Positions 1-11,496 of a stretch of 64,000 nucleotides of DNA are shown piece after piece. The stretch covers positions 149,236,001 through 149,300,000 of the forward strand of contig CM059432.1 in NCBI GenBank assembly GCA_030390025.1, written 5' to 3'. Position 1 is the first letter of the stretch, and the number at the start of each line of letters is the position of its first letter. The stretch is from Squalus acanthias. Lineage: Eukaryota. The notes under the pieces were generated by a model. That model was not told the DNA's origin. It did no database searches and saw only the letters and a program-made list of their open reading frames with translations. The translations under genes were made by a program, and so were the position numbers.

Positions 1-146
1 AAACACCAAACTATCGTATTCTGCTTATAAAGTAAAATATATTCCATATGTTTTGTTTCATTGTGGTTACCAATTGGTTTGAACATAGAAAATCTAAGAT
101 GCTTGCTTTACTGCAGTTGGCAATATTAAATAATTTTATCTTCCAG

Positions 147-279
147 AAACATGGTTTGGTGATAATCCCAGAAGGCACACCTAATGGTGATGTAAACCAT
201 GAACCAGTTGTTGGTGCGATTACCGTTGTGTCTCAAGAGGCCGCTCAAGTGCTTGAAGGTGCAGGAGATGGACCACTAG
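147..279 (+). CDS. LRRFIP2: LRRFIP2 internal coding exon (first visible in window)
   Basis: ttccag|AAACAT...CTAG|gtaatg; 133 nt, phase 0->1; [44 protein letters not shown] matches the vertebrate LRRFIP2 C-terminal region (recognised from memory). Confidence 0.95.
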
Positions 280-649
280 GTAATGTTTGATTAAAAGTAT
301 TTTGTGCTGAGTTTGTGAACATACAGTGTAACCTCTAACAACTCCTCTTGGCTGCTGTCTACTTGAAAAACATGTAATCTGACTAGGTAGCTTGGTTATT
401 TCAGTCCAGTCCAAGTTAGAAAGGCAAATTTTGCCACACTAGCGCACACTGGACGTCGTCTTTTAAATGCATTTAAATCCGCTGATTGACAGCCTCTCCA
501 CAGCAACAGGTTGAATATTCTGAGTGCCTGTCCTGACCCTTCCTCCTCAGAACCACATGCACCTGCCGTGGGCGATGCAGGAGCTCATCTATGGTGCCCT
601 GTATATTGCTTCCCAGGCCACTTTTGAACCATGGGCTGATGTTTGATGT

Positions 650-2712
650 CTGCTGCTCTGCACAGAGCGGGATTAAAACGGAGTGTACTTAAACAGAGTG
701 TTTTATTTGGGAATTTCTGATAAGTATTGGGTAAGGAATTGCTGCTTTTTTCCTACACTACTTGTCGTGCTTTTTGTTACAGGTAGATATTTAATTTCAG
801 TACCGATAACTTAATCTAGATCAAGAAAGTAGTCAAGAAACTACACTGTAAATTAAGTTACCTAATTACAAATTTAATTAAATAAATCAAGGTCATATAG
901 GGATGGCAGTGCAGGTGATGTGCCACAACTGCAGCATGTGGGAGTTTGTGGAGAGCATTGTGATCCTGGACAACCACGCTTTTGCAGTAAGTTCCTGCAT
1001 CTTGAGGAACTTCAGCTCAGAGTTTTTGAACTGGAGTCTGAGGTGCAGACATTGCGGGGCATCAGGGATGGGGAGAGTTACCTGGACACTTTGATCCAGG
1101 AGGCAGTCACACCCCTTAGGTTAGGTAGTGGTACAGATCTGGTTTGTGGTCAGGGACAGGAGGGTGTGACTGTGACTCAGGCAAGTAAGGGGACCTCAGG
1201 AACAGTGCTGGAGGAGCCTCAGCCTTTGCCCTTGTCCAACAGGTATGAGGTTCTTGCTACCTGTGTGGATGAGGGAAAAGCCTGCAGGATGGATGAGCAA
1301 GCTGACCATGGCACCACGATGCAGGAGACCATTCAAGTGGGAGGAGCGAAAGGGAATGGAGTTGTGGTAGGGGACATTATAGTCAGGGGGATAGATACTG
1401 TTCTCTGCAGCTGCGACCGAGAGTTCCGAAGGTTGTGTTGCCTGCCCGGTGCCAAGGTTAAAGACATCTCCTCACTGTTGGAGGGCGAGGGGGAGGATCC
1501 AGTTGTCGTGGTCCACGTAGGAACCAACGACATAGGTAGAACTAGGAATGAGGTTCTGCTGAGGGAGTTTGAGGAGCTAGGATCCAAATTGAAGAGCAGA
1601 ACCTCAAAGGTAATAATCTCTGGATTGTTAACTGAGCCACGCGCAAATTGGCATAGGGACAAACAGATTAGAGGTTTAAATGCGTGGCTCAAAGAGTGGT
1701 GTGGGAGGAAGGGGTTTCAGTTCATGGGGCACTGGCACCAGTACTGGCGAAAGAGGGAGCTGTTCCATTGGGACGGGCTCCACTTAGAGCGGGCTGAGAC
1801 CAGTGTCCTGGCGAACCGAATAATTAGGGCAGTAGACAGGACATTAAACTAATGAAGGGAGGTGGGAGGATTCAGGAAAGAGTAAATTTTAAAGCAGCGA
1901 GATGCCCCTATTCAAGAAAGGAGGGAGATAGAAAGTAGGAAACTATAGGCCAGTTAGCCTAACATCTATCATTGGGAAAATGCTGGAATCCATTATTAAG
2001 GAAGTAGTAGCAGGACATTTAGATATAGATAGGATAAGTGAGTGGGCAAAAATTTGGCAGATGGAGTATAATGTGGGGAAAATGTGAGGTTATCCACTTT
2101 GGTAGGAAGAGTAGAAAAGCAAAATATTATTTAAATGGAGAGAGACTACAGAATGCTGCGGTACAGGGATCTGGGTGTCCTCGTACATGAAACACAAAAA
2201 GTTAGCATGCAGGTACAGCAAGTAATTAGGAAGGCAAATGGAATATTGGCCTTTATTGCAAGGGGGATGGAGTATAAAAGTAGGGAAGTCTTGCTACAAC
2301 TGTACAGGGTGTTGGTGAAACCACACCAAGAGTACTGCGTACAGTTTTGGTCTCCTTATTTAAGGAGGGATATACTTGCATTGTAGGCAGTTCCGAAAAG
2401 ATTCAGTAGCTTGATGTTTCCCCTCATGGGGAAATCTAGAACTAGGGGTCATAGCTTCAGAATAAGGTGGATTCTGAGGGTCGTGAACCTTTGGAATTCG
2501 CTACGCCAGAGGGCTGTGGAGGCTAAGTCGTTGAGTATATTCAAGACCGAGACCGATAGCTTTTTGGATATTAAGGGAATCATGGGCTATAGGGATAGTG
2601 CAGGAAAGTGGAGTTGAGGTAGAAGATCAGCCATGATCTTATTGAATGGCGGAGCAGACTCGAGGGGCCAAATGGCCTACTCCTGCTCCTATTTCTTATG
2701 TTCTTTGTTCTT
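650..2712 (+). mobile_element. Internally deleted CR1 LINE (5' UTR, ORF1, ORF2 remnants, 3' tail)
   Basis: ORF1 903-1852, frameshifted near its start: CxxC, coiled coil, SGNH esterase motifs VHVGTND and WDGLHL; RT C-terminal fragments; tail tcctgctcctatttcttatgttct; 5' boundary approximate. Confidence 0.85.
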
Positions 2713-3780
2713 ATAAATAGAGGATTGGTTTATTGACAGAAAACAGAGAGTAGGGATAAACGGGTCTTTTTCAGGTTGGCAGGCTGTAACTAGTGGGGTG
2801 CCACAAGGATCAGTGCTGGGGCCTCAGCTATTTGCAATCTATATTGACCTAGATGAAGGGACCGAGTGTACTGTATCCAAGTTTGCTGATGATACAAAGC
2901 TAGGTGGGACAGTAAGCTGTGAGGAGAACACAGAGTCTGCAAAGGGATATAGATAGACTAAGTGAGTGGGCAGTAAGGTGGCAGATGGAGTATAATGTTG
3001 GGAAATGTGAGATTATTCACTTTGGTAGGAAGAATAGAAAAACAGAATATTTTTTAAACGGTGAGAAACTTTTAAATGTTGGTGTTCCGAGAGATTTGGG
3101 TGTCCTCGTGCAAGAAACACAAAGCTAGCATGCAGGTACAGCAAGCAATAAGGAAGGCAAATGGAATGTTGGCCTTTATTGCAAGGGGGTTGGAGTATAA
3201 GAGTAAGGAAGTCTTGCTACAATTGTACAGGGCCTTGGTGAGACCACACCTGGAGTACTGTGTACAGTTTTGGTCTCCTTATCTAAGGAAGGATATACTT
3301 GCCTTGGAGGCGGTGCAACGAAGGTTCACTAGATTGATTCCTGGGATGAGAGGGCTGTCCTATGATGAGAGATTGTCTGGAATGGGCCTATACTCTCTGG
3401 CGTTTAGAAGAATGAGAGGTGATCTCATTGAAACATACAAGATTCTGAAGGAGATTGACAGGGTAGATGCTGAGAGGTTATTTCCCTTGGCTGGAGTTTC
3501 TAGAACTAGGGGGCGTATTTTCGGAATAAGGGGTAGGCCATTTAAGACTGAGATAAGGAGGAATTTCTTCACTGAGGGTTGTGAATCTTTGGAAATCTCT
3601 GCCCCAGAGGGCTGTGAATGCTGAGTCTTTGAGTATATTCAAGGCTGAGATCGATAGATTTTTGGATTCTAGGGGAATCGAGGGATATGGAAATCAGGCG
3701 GGAAAGTGGAGTTGAGGTCGATGATCAGCCATGATCTTATTGAATGGCCTACTCCTGCTCCTATTTCTTATGTTATGTTA
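2713..3780 (+). mobile_element. 5'-truncated CR1 LINE
   Basis: [18 protein letters not shown] coding sequence, RPHLEYCVQFWSP, CR1 3' tail. Confidence 0.9.
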
Positions 3781-4519
3781 TTTTCTTCAATTGTTATTTA
3801 AGCTTGAATGCGATGTCTGTATCATCCCATATTTGTGTAAATGAGCGGTCAATATCTCCTATTCGTAGAAGAATCCTACAGATGCGTGTATCCCTGTTGT
3901 GAATGTAATGTGAATGAGGCACCGACAAATCTAAAGCAGAATGGAATGCTTTCAGGTGTAAAACTGAAGGGATATGTAGCAAGTTAGTTTGTTACACTAC
4001 AGTGCGCTCGCAGCAGTTTGATGGCCAGGTTGTTCTAACAGTTAATGAATTGAGCCATTTTGCTCCAGCACTTTGTTCCTCTAATGCAGTGTGAATGAGT
4101 TGAGCTGTACACACCATGGTACGTGTACCTTTTTCTGTCTCCTGCATAGCGTCTTATATTGGGACTTTTGAGGTTGAGGTGTTCGGATACATTTTCAGAG
4201 ACTCCACACCAGGAATACGCAGTTGTAAAATTTACCCTTTTGTGTTGGTTGGGCAGGCCAGATAACTGCTTGAGAGTTGACCTCTGGAATGTAAATGCAC
4301 TGCTGTTGTATTTCACAGTTGCACCTCTGAAGAACTGCAGAGTAATTGTACTGATCCAGCTGGAAATCCATCGTCACACATCATTCGAGTTACTTCAGGA
4401 GTACAGGAAATTAAAGTTATCAAACTGAACTTGCTCAAGTTATGGATTAAATAATAGAGATTTTTTTTTTAAACCTGAAACTCGCAAAGTATTTTGACAT
4501 GTATTTCCTCATATTCTAG

Positions 4520-4569
4520 ATGTGCGGCTAAAGAAACTGGCCGATGAAAAGGAAGAATTACTTGCACAG
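4520..4569 (+). CDS. LRRFIP2: LRRFIP2 coding exon
   Basis: ttctag|ATGTGCGG...GCACAG|gtaatt; 50 nt, phase 1->0; (D)VRLKKLADEKEELLAQ. Confidence 0.95.
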
Positions 4570-5129
4570 GTAATTAACTTAAGTACACGCAGCTTGGGGG
4601 GGGGAAAATAAAATGCAATAAGTAAAAATCTTGCAGTATTTAAAGGAAGGACTTGTGGGTAGTGTGTTGGACACTGGCCTTTCAACTCTGTGACTTGGGT
4701 ACAGCACAAAACAGCCCCTAATTGGGCAACAATTTGCAATGTCATTCAGAAGCCGCAAAATGGGTGGTGTGGGAAGTGGGAGGAAATGCCACGCTGGTGC
4801 AGTCTGAGATTGCGGCAGAGTAGTTCCTGGCTTTGCTTCATCCGACCTGGAACTGTTTGATGCCGACACTTGCTGCCTGAAATGGGAAGAGTTCCATTCC
4901 CCAGCGCCAACAGACCTCACTTTAATAAGAACAAAAAAGGCTTGTATTTGTATAATATCTTATCCCGTTTCTCTGGAACATCCCAAAGCATTTCGCATAT
5001 AATGAATTACTCTGAAATGCTTTGGTTGTTAATACGTAGATACATTCAAGTACATAATGAATAAATACATTACTACTGATGGCAGTAGGCAGATTAAGGC
5101 ACTGGGTTGGATATCTTTCAGCAGCAGAT

Positions 5130-5612
5130 AAGGATAGTGGAATACTCACCACTTGCCCGGATGGGTGGAGCTGCAACAACACTCAAGAAGCTCGACGCCA
5201 TCAGGACAAAGCAGTCCGCTTGATTTGCAGTCCATCCACCACCTTTAAACATCCACTTCCTCCACCACCGACGCACCATGGCTGCAGTATGTACTATCCG
5301 CAGGATGCACTGCTGCAACTCGCCAAGGCTTTTCGACAGCACCTCACAAACCCGCAACCTCCACCACCTAGAAGGGGCAAGGGCAGCAGGTGCATGGGAA
5401 CACCATCACCTCCCAAGTTCTCCTCCAAGTCACACACCATCCTGACTAGACATATATCGCCGTTCCTTCTTATCGCTGTGTCAAAATTCTGGTACTCATT
5501 ACCTAACAGCACTGTGGGAGTTCCTGCAGCAGTTCAAGCAGGAGGTCCACCACCACCATCTCCAGGGCAACTAGGGATAGGCATTAAATGCCAGTGATGC
5601 CCACATCCTGAA
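5130..5612 (+). mobile_element. 3' fragment of the CR1/L2-group LINE (same family as 11497-14498 and 29262-32880)
   Basis: Matches 32370-32870 by eye; ends gggcaactagggataggcattaaatgccagtgatgcccacatcc. Confidence 0.8.
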
Positions 5613-6936
5613 GAATTATTTTCTTTAAAATCTTTTTATTTTACTTTTGTTCTTTACAACAATTTCTGATGTACTTGGTGAATCTGATCCTTGAGGAACT
5701 TTGATCATTTAGTGTCGAATTAAAGGGTACATGGGGATTCCAGCTGACTTACTTCCTTGGTCAGTTCAAAAGTTCATACAATTCTGTCTGTGCCATTTCT
5801 GAACGGAGAGTGTTTAAAGTTTGTGTAAATATTTGATTCTGTTAAAAATAACAGAGTGGTCTGGTGCTATGAATTATAAATATCTTATACTGATGTTAGC
5901 AGTGTATATTCTTCCTGTAAGTCATTGATGATATCCATGTCAGCTTGTGAAATTGCACAATTCCACATGGAAAAACTTAAAGTGCGGAATTCTGTCAGCA
6001 TACTAATATTAGTATATTAAGTGATATGATGTGTAGAAGTTACAACAGAAAAGATGACATTTCTCCCTGGCTATACATCTTGAAATGTTTCACGGTGAAA
6101 TGTCTTGCAAGACAGCTAAGTGTGTTTGTACTCTTGTGGAGCGCACAGTAACTCTCATCGGTAGCTCATTTATCTTCATTTTGTTAAGAGTACCCTCGGG
6201 ATGTCTCATAAAAGTTAGAATGTATTTGTGAGCTTTTCCTTTAAGTCCATCAGGTTCTTTGCTTTTAAAAAAAAAACCTAACCTAACCTTATATTTTTCA
6301 GTTCGCAAATGACTGCTCCCAACAGATTATTTCCCACTCTAGAATGCAATTTAAGCATTCTTCATAACAGCAAACTTTTCCAGGCTACCCCAGAGGACCA
6401 TTCAATTCTCACTCATGGGGTATAGGTCACTCATTCAGAATCTCCTTCCCCTATAAATTGGCAAGTTTTGCCAGATCTCAGCAGGCTTACAACGGCATTT
6501 CATCGTACAGTTGTGGAGAAGTAATCAAACCAGTCTTTCGGGTGGGGGTGGGGAAAAAGACAGAGAAGAAGGGAAATGAGGCGTTGGAAAACTAAGATCA
6601 GTCTCAAACCGCAGGAAAATAAATTCTGTCGGTTGATTACAGAAAGCCATTGATGATTTTTAACATTCCTTTAGCCTAAGATCACAGCCTCCTAACTGAA
6701 AAAGGTGTGGTAATGGTGTGGGCCTTTTGGTCAATGGTTGAACCTGTTTCGCAGAGCGGTTTTCAGTATTTAAAAGCTTTCTTCTTGCATAAAACATATA
6801 TTTATATCCCTCAACAAGGGACATTTTAGTGTGAGTGATTTACTTAGATGTGTCCTTCCACCTTTCTGAATATGTGCTCCCAGTATTTCAGTTGTTGGAG
6901 CTTATTGATTGTCCTCTGGTCACTTTGCTTTGGTAG

Positions 6937-7057
6937 ATCAGAAAGCTGAAATTGCAGTTGGAAGAGGAACGACAGAAGAACTCTAAGATTGAGAATGTGC
7001 TCACGGATTCTGATCGACTAGAAAATGGCACAGATCTACAAATTCTTGAAATGCAGA
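6937..7057 (+). CDS. LRRFIP2: LRRFIP2 coding exon
   Basis: tggtag|ATCAGA...ATGCAGA|gtaagt; 121 nt, phase 0->1; [40 protein letters not shown]. Confidence 0.95.
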
Positions 7058-7708
7058 GTAAGTTCATTGGGTATTCTGTGTGCATTCCATGGATCTAAAG
7101 CTAACACGCCTGCTAATTAGTAACCGAAAGATTTCATTATCGGATTCCTCCCCAACCCACCCTCTGTTCTCCTGAAGGTGCTGACATATGCTGAGGTATA
7201 GTTCCTTGTGCCATTGCAGACCTCGGTTCCCTTGCCCAAGCGACCAAGAGTTGAGCCAGTGAGTGTTAATGAGCTGCACATATGCAAAAGGTATCCTTGC
7301 CCAGTTGTCTGCACATGTAGGGATGTGGAGTGATGTCAGCATCCAGGAGTGAAATCCTTGACTGTTCTGCTCCCATGACTCAGTTAACAACCAGCATATG
7401 TGTTGAGTGATTCCACTATCAAACAATAAAAGGCTCTGGTCCTGTAACGAGAAGATATATTTTTAGTAGATCAGTGTATTTCTCGCATAAGATATTTTGC
7501 ATTCCATTGAATAGGATATCAATAGGAGCTTTTGAGCCTTGACTTCTGGTCATTGCTGATGCCTTGTTGCCCTCTGCCTTGTACTACTAGTTCTGTTGTC
7601 AAGTTAAGTCTTAACTATTTTTTGAACCTTGTTAGATCCTGCTGAACTCCTCCCTGGTTTTTTCTGAGTTGGTTGCGTTCTATCTCCTCACTCTGTGTTT
7701 CCTTTCAG

Positions 7709-7788
7709 GAGATGCGAATAGGCAGTTGAGTGAGTACAAGTTTAAACTGTCGAAGGCAGAACAGGATATTGCCACTGTTGAACAAAAT
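7709..7788 (+). CDS. LRRFIP2: LRRFIP2 coding exon
   Basis: tttcag|GAGATGCG...CAAAAT|gtgagt; 80 nt, phase 1->0; (R)[26 protein letters not shown]. Confidence 0.95.
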
Positions 7789-9427
7789 GTGAGTGCATTT
7801 CATATTATAGTCATTTTTCTAAATGTTGATCCGCTGAAGCTCTGACAATTTTATCTTCCTTGTAATTGTGCACAAATATTTATTTATATGTACTGTATTA
7901 TACTCCTATATGCCTGTATTTTCTGTCCACAAACTTCACTTCCTATTGTCACCATTTTTGATTTTGCTTTTTGTGTCACATTTGACATTAAAAATGTTTA
8001 CTTAAATAACTATAATGGAAATTCTGTATGTAAACAGGTCCTGGTGATGCTGTAGTAGACTATGGCTACTAGATTGCTTTGTAGCTCCACTAACAGTGAG
8101 CAATGCCATGGGAGATTTACTAGTAAATTAAAATAAGTGATGGATGCGTCACCAATTTTTGTTGGTGTCTAAAGAATGCTGTTTAGTGTCTGAGGTTGAA
8201 GATATACGTGACAGAGATAAGACTGATAATATTTTGCCTCGGGTGTTGAGTGTGGTGGCAGGAAGTTCTTTGGCGAAACATGTTTTGGCACAGGCCAGCT
8301 TAAAAACTTGCACATTTACGTATAATTGTCGACTCACAGCAAACTTCTTCATCGTTCAGTGAGTACTGTGTAGTGTAGTACTGAGGCAAATAGACCAGGA
8401 AGATCCCAGCTTCTCACCTGTCCAGAGGTAGCTGATCTCAGTTGAAGATAGGGAGAGTTGGATATGTGTGTGTGAATATAATCTTTTAAATGGGTGTATA
8501 TTATATCTGTTAGAATTATGTCCTGTATTAATTCCACTTTTATTTTTCTATTTGAATTTTTGTTCCTTTTCACCACCCCACTCTTTAGGTCAGGGGGTTT
8601 CCATCATGCATTCCCTCAGCCTTGACAATCCACCCAGGAAACTTGATCCTATTTGTGCTGATATTTCTTATTTGATGATGTCTTGTTTGAGATTTCTGGG
8701 CCTGCATGTTTGGAACGGGCTGTTGTTGCCTTAAACCCTTAATCAGATCACAAAGATCCTGAGATATAGGGGAACATGGATTTAAATTTTGTGTGTCTCC
8801 AAAGGGTGCATGATCCATACCTCTGTGGCTCACAAAGACACATGCTTGGACACCCCTCCTTTAGGTGCCCCCATGTCTTCCACCAGAAAAGTCAGGGGAC
8901 CTCCTCAAAAGCTTGTACCAAAGCTGTTCTGCAGCTGCACGGTTAGGTGTCTGAGAGAAATGCAGATTCGCTCACCCCTTCATCCCTTTTGGCAGCGACT
9001 CTCTCCTTGGCTCAGCTGGGAGGCAGGAATCTGCCGTGGTGGAAGAATTCCAATGTATTTTCATTGTTGATGAATTGGAAGTTTGAATACAAAGAACACA
9101 GTTACGACTTCAATTCAAATAGCAAACAGAGGAAATCTTTCCTTCCCTTCCTCCCAGCCATAGAGAGAGTCAGCATGCTGAGGCCTTGTTCTACCACCCT
9201 GTGGCATATGTAGTTCCACCAGCCTGCTGTGTTCAGGGTCTCAACTTTTGAAAGAGCTGGTTATTTTTCCATCATGTCCTAGGGAGCTGCTGCTGCTTAC
9301 AAAGACAGGTTGTGTCTGCATATTAGCATAACAATGCTTTGCTGTGTAGTTACGTGGAATATTTATTGCAGACACTATATGGGGAAGCGGGGGGGGGGGG
9401 GGGGGGGGTTCTGAAACTTTTTAGCTC

Positions 9428-10302
9428 TCAGCCGTGGGTCAGTGGGTAGCACATTCGCCTCCGGAGTCAGAAGGTCGTGGGTTCAAGTCCCACTCCAGAA
9501 ACTTGAGTGCACAATCTAGGCTGGCACTTCAGTGCAGTGCTGAGTGCTGCACTGTGGGGAGGTGGGGCGGGTGCCTTCTTTCGGATGAGCCGTTAAACCG
9601 AGGCCCTGTCTTTTCTCGCAGGTGGGCGTAAAAGTTCCAAGAAGAGCATGTGAGTTCAGCTGGTGTCCTGGCCAACAACACTTTAAAAGAAACAGTTTAA
9701 TTGGTTATTTATCTCACTGCTGTTTGTGGGACCTTGCAAATCGGCTGTCACGTTTTCCTACCTTATAAAGTAAGAAAAAGACTTGTGTTTATATGGCTCC
9801 TTTCATGACCTCAGGACATCCAAAAGCGCTTTACAGCGAATGAAGTACTTTTGAAGTGCAATTTTAGTTGTAATGTAGGAAATGCGCCAGCCAATTTGCG
9901 CACAGCAAGCTCCCACAAACAGCAATGCAATAAATAACCAGATGATGTGTTTTAGGTGTTGGTTGAGGGGTAAATGTTGCTCAGGACACTGGGAGAACTA
10001 CCCTGCTCTTTTTTGAATGGTGGGATCTTTTATACCCAACTGAGATGGCAGACGGGACCTCACAGCATTCCTTTGGTACTGCACAGAAGTGCTAGTCTAG
10101 ATTTTGTGCTCAAGTCTCTGGAGTGGGACTTGAACCCACAACCTTTTGACTCCGAGGCAAGTGTGCTACCACTGAGTCAAGACTGTGGCACCTATCTATA
10201 TTACAAAAGTGACTGCACTTCAAAATACTTTATTGTTTGTGAAATGTTTTGGAACATCCTGAGGTTGTGAAAGGTGCTATATAAATTCAAACTTGTTCTT
10301 TC
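9428..10302. mobile_element. Two nested DeuSINEs (SacSINE1-like): + copy interrupted by a - copy (about 9772-10190)
   Basis: tRNA-like head (ggttcaagtcccactcc), Deu-domain text tcggatgagccgttaaaccgagg; the + copy tail resumes at about 10200. Confidence 0.8.
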
Positions 10303-10840
10303 TAGACTTATTTCAAATTTTCAAGACGTCAACTACAGTAACTGCTCCCAGATATGTGCACTATGCTTCCTAATTATTTACTGGACCATATTTACTAGGT
10401 CTGCTATGCCATTTATGCTTAAAGATGCATTTTAATATAAGATCCAATTTGGATCCTTTCCTGTATTGCCATAGAAATATCCTCTATTTTTGGATTCATC
10501 AACATAAGGAAACTTTTTTGCAGTATTGGTGCATTGAAAATTGGCAACTGGCCTTTCTTAACTCAGTTGCGGTGACTTGATCATCACATTCTCAAACTTG
10601 GACCTCGTGTTTCCCTCCAGTGACTATCAATCATTTAGTTTTTTGGAGCATTATCCAAAGCATTGAATCATAACTATATTCAAGGATTAAAATCTTTAAA
10701 TTTTGAAATGTAGTGTGGATTTAACAAATACTACTTAATCCAAATTACATTTTTAAAAACCAATGACCCTGTGGAAATATCTCCATGCAGTTTCCTCTGG
10801 CAGCAATATTGAGGCTTACGTTTCTTGTTTGGATTTGCAG

Positions 10841-10945
10841 GTTGCCAGGCTCGAAGGACAGGTGCTTCGTTATAAAACAGCAACAGAAAACTCAGAAAAA
10901 ATAGAGGATGAACTAAAAGCAGAAAAGAGGAGACTGCAGCGAGAG
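10841..10945 (+). CDS. LRRFIP2: LRRFIP2 penultimate coding exon
   Basis: ttgcag|GTTGCC...CGAGAG|gtacga; 105 nt, phase 0->0; [35 protein letters not shown]. Confidence 0.95.
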
Positions 10946-11496
10946 GTACGAAGACTGAATTATACTTCGTAGTAAATGCTGCTATGCTGTTCAGAGTTAC
11001 TGAAACAAGTTGTAATTTTCAAGTGATTCTGTAGGGGAATGGAACTAAGCAAATAGTTCTTTCCGAGATTCAGCATCGGCACAGTGGGCTAAATGGCCTC
11101 TTATGCTTAAGTAGCCTCTTTCATTCCAGCCTAAAAGTAATGAGTCATTTTGGACTTAACACATTTTATCCTCATTTATATTTGCTTCCCTGCTGTTCTA
11201 ATGCTAGCTGCCAAATTATGGTTCTTAATGGTGTGATGCTGCACCATTTGAATATCATTTTCAATATGTTGTTCTGTGTTTAACAAACAATTTTTAAATG
11301 ATTTAAGTTCAGTATTATACTTTTGTTCAGCCCCAAGACCCCCCTCCAAAGCAAATAAGCAGCAGGCTATTTTGGCTTTTCTTACTATGATACCTATAAA
11401 ATGCATGTTCAGTTTTTTTTATGTATTTCATTGTGAAGAGAAATATGTTTGAATCCTCAAACTTTATTTCCCTACAACCCCCTCCAGGCTTTCAGT

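Noticed and set aside
920..1852. Host SGNH esterase gene
   Set aside because: It is CR1 ORF1: frameshifted start, GDS changed to GDI, followed by CR1 ORF2 debris and tail; paralogous copies at 38441-39362 and 58350-59482
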